From: an uncultured delta proteobacterium
Lineage (GTDB): Bacteria > Myxococcota > Myxococcia > Myxococcales > Anaeromyxobacteraceae
Assembly: GCA_963828255.1 (NCBI GenBank)
Contig: CAWHDZ010000015.1
Span: 172,531-236,530, forward strand
Direction of reading: 5' to 3'
DNA length: 64,000 bases
The translations under genes were made by a program, and so were the position numbers. The notes beneath the pieces were generated by a model. That model worked only from the letters and a program-made list of their open reading frames with translations. It had not been told where the DNA came from and did no database searches. Shown here piece after piece: positions 8,793 through 17,739 of this stretch (the stretch's first letter is position 1; every line of letters starts with the position of its first letter).

Positions 8793-10465
8793 GCGCGCTC
8801 CCCCTCCTGGCGTTGCTCCTCGCGGCGGGTTCGCCTGAGCAGGCGCAAGCCCCCGTCCCTCCGGCGCCGGCTGCCGTCGCGGCCCCCGTCGGCGCCCCGA
8901 CGGCGCCCGTCGCCCCGGTGGCCCGCCGTGTCGAGGGGAAGGTGACCTTCGCCACCGCCACCACCGTCTACCTCGACGCCGGCGCCCTGGAAGGGCTGAC
9001 CATCGGCCAGGTCATCCAGGTCACGCGCGCCGCCCAGCCCGTCGGTACATGTACGGTGCGTGAACTGGCCGACCACTCCTCCACCTGCACGGGGCAGGGG
9101 GTCCGCGTCGGGGATCGTTTCACGGCGGACACGACGGTGCCCGGCGCGCCCGTGGTGGCCAAGATGGCCCCCGTCCCCACCGAGGACGAGCTGGACAGCC
9201 GCAACGCCATCCTGGTCGGGACCCCGGTGGCGCTGGTCGAGTCGAAGGCGAAGGCCCGCGACGTCGTGATCGGCCAGCTCCCCAGCATCCGGGGAGATCT
9301 GGGATACGCGGTCTGGCTCGCCAGCCCGTCGGGGCCGGGGGACTCGCAGCGAATGCAGCTCGACGTCCAGGTGAACGGACTCGACGCCTTCGCCGGGTTC
9401 AAGTTCTTCGCCGACGCGCGCCTTTTACAATGGACCCAGCGGGACGAGACGTACGTGCCGGGATCCGCGACCCAGTTGCTGGTCTACGACCTGGAGCTCT
9501 CCCAGCGCGACCCGAAGAGGAGCTGGAGCGCCGCCTTCGGACGGGTCATGCCCTGGTTCGCCCCCGGCTCGACGGTCTTCGACGGCGCCCAGGGCGGGCT
9601 GCGGTTCGGCCGGACCGAGGTCGGCGTCTTCGGGGGCGTGGTCCCGGATCCCTACACCACCGAGCCGACCCTCAACCGGTACACCGGCGGCGTCTACGTC
9701 AACTTCGAGGCCCCCCTGGGATCCACGCTGCTCTCCGGCAGCGCGCGCGGCGCGGTGGTGCAGAACCCCGCCGTGCTCCGCCACTACGAGGGGGAGCTCC
9801 TGCTGAACTACTGGGCGGGCGGCGTCTTCAGCGCCTCCGGCAACCTGCGCATGGGGTTCGGCGACGTTCACGCGCCGTCCTACATCGACGCGGCCCGCCT
9901 GGCGCTCAGCATCCGGCCCGTCCCCATCTTCTGGATCTCGGGCGGCTTCTCCTACTGGGGACTCGCGATGCCGAACGACGAGCCCATCGCCACCTACCCC
10001 GGTCCCTCCCGCCGGGCCGACGGCTCGATCGGCGTGGACGCGACCCCCTGGCTGCGCATCGCCGGCCTGGGAGGTTGGGTGGACGACCTGACGTCCGGCC
10101 TGTCCCACACCTACGTGGGGCCCGAGGTGACCTTCACGAAGGTGCTGGCCGGCCTCTCCTTCGGCTACCTGAAGGACCTGGGATGGGTGGAGGGGCAGAG
10201 CGCCTGGGGGCAGATCGGCTGGGCCCCCGCACCGGGAGCGCGACTCACCGGCCGGGCCTCCTGGTTCCAGACCACCCAGACCGTCGGCGGGGTGTCGAAC
10301 TCCGCGCCGGCGAACGACGCCGGCCTCACCCTGAACGGGACGGTCGGGCTGACCCGCTGGCTCTCGCTCCGGGCGTCGGTGATGGTGCGGGCCGGGATCG
10401 ACAACTTCGAGGCGTCGGTGCCATTCGGGACGGCGGCGAACGTGTTCCTCGTCGGCACCTACTGA
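8789..10465 (+). CDS. outer-membrane beta-barrel protein with N-terminal FlgT-C-like domain (putative cytochrome-associated porin)
   Basis: ATGA overlap; signal peptide; Pro/Ala linker; VYLDAGALEGLTIGQ motif; amphipathic aromatic-rich strands; ends NVFLVGTY (terminal aromatic beta-signal). Confidence 0.8.
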   Translation: MSALPLLALLLAAGSPEQAQAPVPPAPAAVAAPVGAPTAPVAPVARRVEGKVTFATATTVYLDAGALEGLTIGQVIQVTRAAQPVGTCTVRELADHSSTCTGQGVRVGDRFTADTTVPGAPVVAKMAPVPTEDELDSRNAILVGTPVALVESKAKARDVVIGQLPSIRGDLGYAVWLASPSGPGDSQRMQLDVQVNGLDAFAGFKFFADARLLQWTQRDETYVPGSATQLLVYDLELSQRDPKRSWSAAFGRVMPWFAPGSTVFDGAQGGLRFGRTEVGVFGGVVPDPYTTEPTLNRYTGGVYVNFEAPLGSTLLSGSARGAVVQNPAVLRHYEGELLLNYWAGGVFSASGNLRMGFGDVHAPSYIDAARLALSIRPVPIFWISGGFSYWGLAMPNDEPIATYPGPSRRADGSIGVDATPWLRIAGLGGWVDDLTSGLSHTYVGPEVTFTKVLAGLSFGYLKDLGWVEGQSAWGQIGWAPAPGARLTGRASWFQTTQTVGGVSNSAPANDAGLTLNGTVGLTRWLSLRASVMVRAGIDNFEASVPFGTAANVFLVGTY

Positions 10466-10533
10466 CCGCGGCTGGGGCGCGGTCGTGCGGGGGCGGGCGG
10501 GTGCTCCGCAGGCGGGCGGCGCTGCAGGCGGAT

Positions 10534-10901
10534 CGCCTTCGTTCCGGGAGGCCGGCTGGGGAAGCCCGGGCCGAAGGCGACGCGAACAGCGCGCCTCGTG
10601 GGGAGATCCGGGCGCCCACTCGCGGACGGCGTCCCGCGGGCGGTGAGGACGGGACCGCCGGGAACGCGTTCGCCTGGCCGTCATGGGAACTGCGACACAC
10701 TCGCGGACCGAGTGAGCCCGGCCCGTGCCCGCGATCGCCACTCCGAGCGGCGCCTCCGCACCGGGCGCCGGGAACCGGCGATGCTCTGGCCCGGCGTGCC
10801 CCGGCGCCACCAGAGCCGCGAACGCCACCGCCGGGAGGACAAGCGCCGCGGAGAGTGGTGTCCCAGCGCCCGGCGGCAGCCGGCCTCCCGGAACGAAGGC
10901 G
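10534..10901. repeat. 368-bp non-coding element bounded by perfect 25-bp inverted repeats (MITE/REP-like or structured RNA)
   Basis: CGCCTTCGTTCCGGGAGGCCGGCTG (10534-10558) is the exact reverse complement of 10877-10901. Confidence 0.75.
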
Positions 10902-10918
10902 CCTCGCGCGACGCCGCC

Positions 10919-12043
10919 CTACTTCCCGCGGGAGAACTCCTCCATGAACGTCGCCAGCGCATCGACCCACTCGAACGGCACGGCGTTGTACGTGGACACC
11001 CGGATCCCGCCCACCGAGCGGTGACCCTTCAGCCCGACCATGCCGCGCTTCTTCGCCTCGGCGACGAACTGCTCCTCGAGGGGCTCGGTGGGGAGCCGGA
11101 AGACCACGTTCATCACGGAACGGCTCTCCCGCTCCACCGGGGAACGGTAGAAGGCAGGGTTGGCGTCGATGGCCCCGTAGAGCCGGGCCGCCTTCCGGCG
11201 GTTCGCCGCCTCCATGGCGGGCAGACCGCCCAGCCCCTTCAGCCAGGCGAGCACGTTCCGCACCATGTAGACGCCGAACGTGGGCGGCGTGTTGTAGAGC
11301 GACCTGTTCTCGGCGTGGGTGCGGAACTGGAAGATCTTGGGGATGTCCTTCCGCCCCTTCTCGACGAGTTCCTTCGACACGATGGCGACCACGATGCCGG
11401 AGGGGCCGATGTTCTTCTGGGCGCCGGCGTAGACGATGCCGAACTGCGACACGTCGAAGGGGCGCCAGAGGAAGTCGCTCGACATGTCGGCGACGAGCGG
11501 TGTCGCCCCGGTGCCGGGGTAGGCGCGCGACGCATCCACGTTGAACTCGATGCCGTGGATGGTCTCGTTCGACGTGAGGTGCAGGTAGGAGGCGGCCGGA
11601 TCGACCTTCACCTCGGCGGGGGAGGGGACGCGGACGTAGCTCTTCTCCTTGCCGTCGCCGGTGCCGGTGGTCTGGGTCGCGACCGAGCCGCCCAGCATGG
11701 CCGCCACCACCTTGGCCTCGCCGACCGCCTTCTCGCCCCAGGCGCCGGTGACCAGGTACTGGGCCGCCTTGCCCTTCTCCATGAGGTTCATGGGGATCTG
11801 GGCGAACAGGGCCGACGCCCCACCCTGGAGGAACAGGATCTCGTGGGTGGCGGGAACGGCGAGGAGTTCGCGGAGAAGGGACAGCGCCTCGTCGTGGACC
11901 GCCTCGTACTCCTTGCCTCGGTGGCTGTGCTCCATGACCGACATGCCGCTGCCGGCGAGGTCGAGGAGTTCCTCCCGGGCCCGCTCCAGCGCGGGGAGCG
12001 GCAAGGCTGCGGGACCGGCGTTGAAGTTCATCTTGCGGGCCAT
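10919..12043 (-). CDS. serC: phosphoserine aminotransferase
   Basis: [33 protein letters not shown] (PLP Lys), [18 protein letters not shown]. Confidence 0.97.
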   Translation of the reverse strand: MARKMNFNAGPAALPLPALERAREELLDLAGSGMSVMEHSHRGKEYEAVHDEALSLLRELLAVPATHEILFLQGGASALFAQIPMNLMEKGKAAQYLVTGAWGEKAVGEAKVVAAMLGGSVATQTTGTGDGKEKSYVRVPSPAEVKVDPAASYLHLTSNETIHGIEFNVDASRAYPGTGATPLVADMSSDFLWRPFDVSQFGIVYAGAQKNIGPSGIVVAIVSKELVEKGRKDIPKIFQFRTHAENRSLYNTPPTFGVYMVRNVLAWLKGLGGLPAMEAANRRKAARLYGAIDANPAFYRSPVERESRSVMNVVFRLPTEPLEEQFVAEAKKRGMVGLKGHRSVGGIRVSTYNAVPFEWVDALATFMEEFSRGK

Positions 12044-12092
12044 GGCGTGCCTCCGTGCGGCGGGTGGGGTTCGGCTGCCGGGACGACGGCGG

Positions 12093-12761
12093 TCAGCGGG
12101 CCGGGGGGACCCCGGGGATTCCCGGGGGCGCGCCGCGCTGCCGCAGCTCGGCGATGGCGGCGCCGGCCTGGCCGGCGAAGCGCCCCGACTTGTCGGTGGC
12201 GATGACCTTGAGCCAGGCCTCCTCGGCGCGCTTCGTGTCCTTCAGGTCGTAGGCGAAGACGACGCCGATGTTCATGAGGCTCTGCATGTGGTTCGGATCG
12301 ATCTGGTTCGCCTTCTGGAAGTTGGCGAGCGCCTTGTCGTACTGCCCGAGGTCCCGGTACATGACCCCCTGATCGGTGAGGACGTCGGGGTTCTTGGGGT
12401 TCAGCTCCAGCGCCTTGCCGTAGGCGTCGATGGCGGCCTGCTGCTGCTTGGTGTCGAAGTAGTCGTTGCCGAGCGAGATCCAGGCCTGGACGTCCTTGGG
12501 GTTCTGGGCCACGAGTTGCTTCGCGATGGCGATCCGCTGGTCGACTCCGGCCCCGCCGCCCGGGACGTTGGGGGCGCCGACCATCCCGCCGGGAGGCATC
12601 CCGCCACCCGGAGGCATCGCCCCCGGGGGCATCGCGCCTGGCGGCGGCATGGTGGGTACCCCGCCTGCCGGCGGGGCAATTGGAGCGGCCGTGACCGGCT
12701 CGTTCTTCTTGCATCCGACCACTGCGAGAGCGACGGCGAGGGCGACGAGCGTTCGGTTCAA
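12093..12761 (-). CDS. TPR-repeat lipoprotein with Pro/Gly/Met-rich linker
   Basis: GGAGG SD plus TTG start; lipobox VVGC; MPPG repeats; three to four TPR motifs ([11 protein letters not shown]...[10 protein letters not shown]). Confidence 0.85.
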   Translation of the reverse strand: MNRTLVALAVALAVVGCKKNEPVTAAPIAPPAGGVPTMPPPGAMPPGAMPPGGGMPPGGMVGAPNVPGGGAGVDQRIAIAKQLVAQNPKDVQAWISLGNDYFDTKQQQAAIDAYGKALELNPKNPDVLTDQGVMYRDLGQYDKALANFQKANQIDPNHMQSLMNIGVVFAYDLKDTKRAEEAWLKVIATDKSGRFAGQAGAAIAELRQRGAPPGIPGVPPAR

Positions 12762-12815
12762 GGTGGTGTTTCCTCCAGGGGGCCAGGGCGGTCCTCGCCC
12801 TCGATCTCGCGGCGC

Positions 12816-12867
12816 AGTCTAGCCCGATGGCCGCCGGATTCAAGGACGGTCCCGGGAGTCGTATCAT
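12816..12867. promoter_or_regulatory. back-to-back sigma70-like promoters for TPR-serC (-) and the radical SAM gene (+)
   Basis: minus: TTGAAT-16-TAGACT (12843-12816); plus: TTCAAG-17-TATCAT (12839-12867). Confidence 0.5.
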
Positions 12868-12875
12868 GGCCGGGA

Positions 12876-14132
12876 TTGACCCCACCGAGCCTCGTCCTCG
12901 CCGACCTGCGCCCCCGCACCGCGGCCCTCGCCGCGCTCTCCGGCGCCGTCGAGGCACGACCGGAGTCGGCGGGGGTCAGCGTCCGCTTCGCCGGCCCTGG
13001 CGAGGACCTGCGCACCGCCATCCGCGATGCCACCAGGGAGGGGCCGGTTGTCGTGGGCTGGTCGCTCACCTCTCCCGGCCGCCACGCAGCCGCGGCAGCG
13101 CTGCGCGAGGCGAGGGGCACCGCGGGTAGCGGCGACCGGGTCCTCCACCTGGCCGGGGGGCCGCACCCCACGGCCGACCCGGAGGGCACCCTCGGCCTGG
13201 GCTTCGACCTGGCCGGGATCGGGGAGGGGGAGGAGACCCTGGTCGGGCTCCTGCGGCGGGTCGCCAGCGGGGAGGACCCACGGGGTCCCGGGCTCGCCTG
13301 GATGGAGGGCGGGCGTCTGCGCCGTGGGGCGCCTGCGCCGCCGGTGGACCTGGACGCGTGCCCGCCCTTCCCGGACCGGCTGCCGCGGCTCGGCCCGATC
13401 GAGATCACCCGGGGCTGCGTCCACGCCTGCCGCTTCTGCCAGACCACCCACCTCCACGGCGGCCGGGTCCGGCACCGGTCGGCCGGGAGGATCGCCGAGG
13501 CGGCGCGCCAGGTGGCGCTGCGGGGAGGGCGGGATGTCCGCTTCGTCACCCCGAGTGCGCTGGCCTGGGGCTCCGACGACGGCCGCCCCCGCCTCGAGGC
13601 CATCGAGGAACTCCTGTCGCGGGTTCGCGAGGCCGCCGGCGCCGGCGCGCGGATCTGGTTCGGCACCTTCCCCTCCGAGGTGCGCCCGGAGCACGTCACC
13701 CCCGAGGCGGTCCGGCTGCTGCGCCGCCACGTCGCCAACGACCACCTGGCCATCGGCGCGCAGTCGGGGTCGGACGCCGTGCTCGAGGCCTGCCACCGCG
13801 GTCACCGCGCCGAGGACGTCCGCCGCGCGGTGCGGCTCACGCTCGAGGCCGGGTTCCGCGCCAAGGTGGACCTCATCTTCGGCCTCCCGGGCGAGACGCC
13901 GGACGATGCCGCGGAATCCCGCGCCATGGCGGTGGAGCTTGCGGAGGCCGGAGCCGAGATCCACGCGCACGTTTTCCTGCCGCTCCCCGGAACGCCCTGG
14001 GCGGGAGCGGCTCCCGGGCGGATCGACGGCGCGACGCGGGAACTGCTGGCCCGCCTGGCCGGGAGGGGGCGCCTGTCCGGGGCATGGAGGCGCCAGGAGC
14101 GGATGGCGGCGACGGACGGCGGGCCCGGCTAG
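12876..14132 (+). CDS. B12-binding-domain radical SAM protein (TIGR04013-like); start uncertain
   Basis: AGGPHPT, GEGEET, EITRGCVHACRFCQT (CxxxCxxC), GTFPSEVRPE, GAQSGS, DLIFGLPGE. Confidence 0.85.
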   Translation: MTPPSLVLADLRPRTAALAALSGAVEARPESAGVSVRFAGPGEDLRTAIRDATREGPVVVGWSLTSPGRHAAAAALREARGTAGSGDRVLHLAGGPHPTADPEGTLGLGFDLAGIGEGEETLVGLLRRVASGEDPRGPGLAWMEGGRLRRGAPAPPVDLDACPPFPDRLPRLGPIEITRGCVHACRFCQTTHLHGGRVRHRSAGRIAEAARQVALRGGRDVRFVTPSALAWGSDDGRPRLEAIEELLSRVREAAGAGARIWFGTFPSEVRPEHVTPEAVRLLRRHVANDHLAIGAQSGSDAVLEACHRGHRAEDVRRAVRLTLEAGFRAKVDLIFGLPGETPDDAAESRAMAVELAEAGAEIHAHVFLPLPGTPWAGAAPGRIDGATRELLARLAGRGRLSGAWRRQERMAATDGGPG

Positions 14133-14153
14133 AACCCCGGGCGGAGGTCTCCC

Positions 14154-14567
14154 GTGGCCGAGCTGAAGACGAAGAAGACCCGCGCCAGCGTGGCGGCGTT
14201 CCTCTCGGCAATCCCGGATCCCGATCGTCGCAAGGACGCACGGGCTGTGGCGGCGCTCCTCCGCCGCGTCACCGGGGAGCGGCCCGCGCTGTGGGGCACG
14301 AACATCGTCGGGTTCGGGCAACGCAAGCTCCGGTACGCGTCGGGAAGGGAGCTCGACTGGCCGGTGGCCGCCTTCGCCTCGCGGGCCGACCGCATCACCC
14401 TCTATCTCGCCTGCGAGCTCTCGCGGCACCGCGCCCTCCTCGCCCGGCTGGGGAGGCACACGAAGGGGAAGGGCTGCCTGCACCTCCGGCGGCTCTCCGA
14501 CGTCGACCCCGAGGTGCTCGAGGAGCTGGTGCGGAGCGCGGTCGCCGACGGGGGCTCCAGAGGTTGA
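14154..14567 (+). CDS. DUF1801 (YdhG-like) protein
   Basis: MAELKTKKT..SV..FL, LWGTNIVGFG..Y.SGR, LGRHTKGKGCLHL; GGAGG SD. Confidence 0.85.
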   Translation: MAELKTKKTRASVAAFLSAIPDPDRRKDARAVAALLRRVTGERPALWGTNIVGFGQRKLRYASGRELDWPVAAFASRADRITLYLACELSRHRALLARLGRHTKGKGCLHLRRLSDVDPEVLEELVRSAVADGGSRG

Positions 14568-14699
14568 AACGAGAGGCGCGCGGGAACTGGGCCGGCTCGC
14601 ACTGTCCGTTGAGTCGTGGCAGGGTTCGGCGGATGCCGTCCTTCAATGTCGCGCTGCCGTCGGGAGCCCCTGACGTTCGCCGCCGGGTCACACCCCTCG

Positions 14700-15158
14700 T
14701 CAAGTCCCCCGAGCGGTATCGCTCGCGCCCTCCTCCATGCGCTCCTTCAGGTTGCGGACGGTCAACTCCGCCTCGCGCTCGTTGAGCCGCCGGACGAACG
14801 GGGCGGCCAGCCGGCCCAGCAGCGCCCCGGGGATCTCGTACTCGACTTCCGAGCTGAAGTCGGTCCCCTGGCCGTGCGGCCGGAACTCCCAGCGGATCGA
14901 GTGGGGAATGCCTCCTCTCGCCTTCACGATGTGAAGCCGGTTGCGCTCCGCCTCGACCGTCCGGGTGTGGCCGTGGAATTTCACGCCGGCCATCTTGTAG
15001 GTCCAGTCGTACTCGCTCGATCCGTCCGGCTCCGTGTGCACGTTCGACACCTCGATGAGGCTCGGCCAGATCTCGGGCAGGTGCGCCGGATCCAGCATGT
15101 ACTCGAACACCTTCGACGTAGGTGCCTCGATGAAGATCTCCTTCCGGACTCTTTCCAT
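14700..15158 (-). CDS. SRPBCC/START (polyketide cyclase-like) family protein
   Basis: IFIEAPTSKVFEYM.DP.HLPEIWP...EVEYEIPG.LLG; GAGGAG SD. Confidence 0.85.
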   Translation of the reverse strand: MERVRKEIFIEAPTSKVFEYMLDPAHLPEIWPSLIEVSNVHTEPDGSSEYDWTYKMAGVKFHGHTRTVEAERNRLHIVKARGGIPHSIRWEFRPHGQGTDFSSEVEYEIPGALLGRLAAPFVRRLNEREAELTVRNLKERMEEGASDTARGT

Positions 15159-15320
15159 GGCGGACTCCTCCTGCGTTCCAGGCTCCGCCTCCATCGCGGA
15201 AGGGGCAACCCGGGGATCCGGGGCGCATGGGTTCACCTGCGAGGGTGAACCCGGGCGGGGGCCGCCCAGGGGTCGTGGTGAAGTCCTCGCTCCTCCACGA
15301 CGGGGGGCGAGAGAGATGGA

Positions 15321-16061
15321 GTCCCCATCGATGCGATCTCCGACGAGCTCGTCCAGCGTCTCAAGGGCGATCTCGTCGAGAACCAGCGGAACAGCAAGAC
15401 CATCAACAACGTGCTCACCGCCCTCTCGGTCATGCTGAAGCGCGCGGCGGACTGGAAGGTCATCGATGCAATGCCCTGCCGGATCAAGCTCCTCAAGTAC
15501 GAGCGGACCGAGGTCTCGTTTTACGACTTCGCCGACTACGAGAAGCTCTTACAGGGCGCAGCGGCCCTCGATGTCCGCATCGAGCTGCTCGTGCTCCTGG
15601 GCGGAGGCGCGGGCCTGCGCCGTGGAGAGGCCATCGCAGTGGAGTGGAGCGACGTCGACCAGAAGCGGAGCGTCCTGCACGTGCAGCGCAGCGAGTGGGA
15701 CGGCCACGTGACCACGCCCAAGGGCGGCCGATCCCGGCGAGTGCCGATGACGGCTCGCCTGGCTGCCGCCCTCAAGGCCCATCGTCACCTCCGGGGCTCC
15801 CGAGTTCTCTGCCACGAGAATGGGGACGCCATCGGCAGGCAGGCCGTGCACGAGTGGATGGAGAAGGCCCAGCGACGGGCTGGCCTAAAGGTCACGGGCG
15901 CGTATCACATCCTCCGCCACACCTTCTGCTCGCACCTCGCGATGCAGGGCGCGACGGCGAAGGCCATCCGGCTGCTCGACCGGAGGCCGACCGGCGAATC
16001 CGTTGGAGACGGTTTGGAGACGGGCTCCGGGCCGGAGACGAAGTCGAGGGAAGTTCCGTAG
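15321..16061 (+). pseudogene. decayed tyrosine integrase (N-terminally truncated, internal deletion of the GH...Y box)
   Basis: KTINNVLT.L, GLRRGE, PKGGRSR, HILRHTFCSHLAMQGA then jumps directly to AIRLLD; no catalytic Tyr segment; abuts tRNA 3' end. Confidence 0.85.
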
Positions 16062-16066
16062 TTGAG

Positions 16067-16142
16067 TGGTGAGGCGCCCGGGAATCGAACCCGGAACCAC
16101 CGGCTTAAAAGGCCGATGCTCTGCCAGTTGAGCTAGCGCCTC
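16067..16142 (-). tRNA. tRNA-Lys (anticodon TTT)
   Basis: Reverse complement GAGGCGCTAGCTCAACTGGCAGAGCATCGGCCTTTTAAGCCGGTGGTTCCGGGTTCGATTCCCGGGCGCCTCACCA; 76 nt cloverleaf with CCA. Confidence 0.97.
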
Positions 16143-16317
16143 GTCCGAACTGTTCTACCAACTACCGGACCTGTTTTCCCGTCCGCCGACCTGACCGCGT
16201 CGCGGACGCTCCGGACCGCCTGCCGGCCTGCCTTCTCGCCGCCGCCGAGGAGTGGCGCGCCGCCTCCGTGGCCCGTCCATCGCAAACGCCTCCCGGACCC
16301 CGTCCGAGGAGGCACAC

Positions 16318-17739
16318 ATGTTCCCGAATGTCCTTTCCGCAAGCATCCCTTCGAGCGTCGACTGGAATCCACCCGGGCCCCTCGACACCGCGCCTCTCCA
16401 GGCAGTGGCGCCCCGGACCGGGGCAGATCCGATCTCGCTGGCCGGCCTCGCCGCCTGCGTCGAGGAGGCCCAGGTCACGGCCCTCTCGCCCCGGACCAGC
16501 CCCCCCGACCCGACGTTCTTCTCCTCCCTCCGCGCCCGGCTGTCGAAGGCCTGCGCGAGCCTCCCGGAGGCCTACCGATCGGCGGTCGGCGAGCCCCTCC
16601 TCCGCAGGCTCGACGACATGGGGCCGGGAGGGTTCGCCCGGCTCCTCTCGATGGACCCGGGGCGGACGGGGCCGGCCCGGCTCCTGCTCGACGTGGCGCA
16701 GGCGGTTCTCCAGAAGGGAGAGGGCTACCAGGAACGCGCCACGTCCGCATTCCAGGAGGTGGTGAGCGACCTCTACGAGGGATTCCTCTCCGCCGAGGAC
16801 CGGCGCGGCGTCCGGCCCCCGGATCACGGCGTCACCCCACCGCTCGTGCGCTGGGGGGAGGCCGAGAGCGGCCCCTACACCTGGCCCGCCTCCGCCGCCG
16901 AGACGTTCGGCGTGGAGGCCGCGGTCGTGAGCCTGCCCGCGGCCAACGCCACGGGCGGGCTCCTCGCCTGGCCGGCGCTGGCCCACGAGACCGCCGGGCA
17001 CGACATCCTCGCGGCCGACGACGGACTCCGCGAGGAGCTTTCGCGCGCCGTGAAGAAGAAGGTCCTGGCGAAGGAGATCGACCCGGCCGTGGCGGCCTAC
17101 TGGTCGGAGCGGGTGGACGAGGCTGCGGCGGACGTCCTCGGGGTCCTCAACATGGGGCCAGCCGCTGCGGTCGGGATGCTGGGCTACTTCCGCGCGCTCA
17201 ACGGCGCCTGGCGCGGGGTTCCCGAACTGCGCAGCGCGGGGAGGGAGGAGGACCCGCACCCCGCGGACATCGCGCGCGCCTACCTGGCGGCCGAGACGGT
17301 CCGGCTTCTCTCGTTCGAGGGGGCGGCCCGGTGGGCCGACCGGTTGGCGGCGGAGGCCGACCGCGACCTCGGGACGGTCCGCCTGGGCGACGTGACGGTC
17401 CCGGCCGGAGTCGCCCGGGCGTCGGCTGCCGCGGTCGCGCAGGCCATCGTGCGGACCCGGGTGCGGTCGCTGGAGGGTCACTCGCTCGGGGAGATCCAGG
17501 ACTGGACCGACAGGGACGAGGCCATCGTCGCGACCCTGCGCGGGGAGATGGGTGGTCCCGGAGCGGGAGGGCGCGCGCCCGGGAAATACGTGAAGGGGGC
17601 CTACGCAGCCCACGCGGTGGCGGCGGCGGTGTACGAGGCTGCCGCCGGAGGTTCGAGCCCGGTCGAGGTGATGGACAGGATGGTGGGAGTCCTGGCGGCG
17701 ATGCACGACCGGAACCCCGACTGGAAGGCGGACGTCTAG
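16318..17739 (+). CDS. hypothetical protein, putative zinc metallo-hydrolase (HExxxH + ExxAD)
   Basis: GGAGG SD before ATG 16318; ALAHETAGHD and downstream RVDEAAADVLG. Confidence 0.7.
   Translation: MFPNVLSASIPSSVDWNPPGPLDTAPLQAVAPRTGADPISLAGLAACVEEAQVTALSPRTSPPDPTFFSSLRARLSKACASLPEAYRSAVGEPLLRRLDDMGPGGFARLLSMDPGRTGPARLLLDVAQAVLQKGEGYQERATSAFQEVVSDLYEGFLSAEDRRGVRPPDHGVTPPLVRWGEAESGPYTWPASAAETFGVEAAVVSLPAANATGGLLAWPALAHETAGHDILAADDGLREELSRAVKKKVLAKEIDPAVAAYWSERVDEAAADVLGVLNMGPAAAVGMLGYFRALNGAWRGVPELRSAGREEDPHPADIARAYLAAETVRLLSFEGAARWADRLAAEADRDLGTVRLGDVTVPAGVARASAAAVAQAIVRTRVRSLEGHSLGEIQDWTDRDEAIVATLRGEMGGPGAGGRAPGKYVKGAYAAHAVAAAVYEAAAGGSSPVEVMDRMVGVLAAMHDRNPDWKADV

Noticed and set aside
10466..10918. 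RNase P RNA, tmRNA or SRP identity for the intergenic element
   Set aside because: No GAGGAAAGTCC motif, no tRNA-like ends, no SRP loop found on either strand
14100..15320. Second att site (duplicated tRNA-Lys 3' end) delimiting an intact integrated element
   Set aside because: Only a 6-bp TGGTGA match near 15276 was seen; too short to be meaningful
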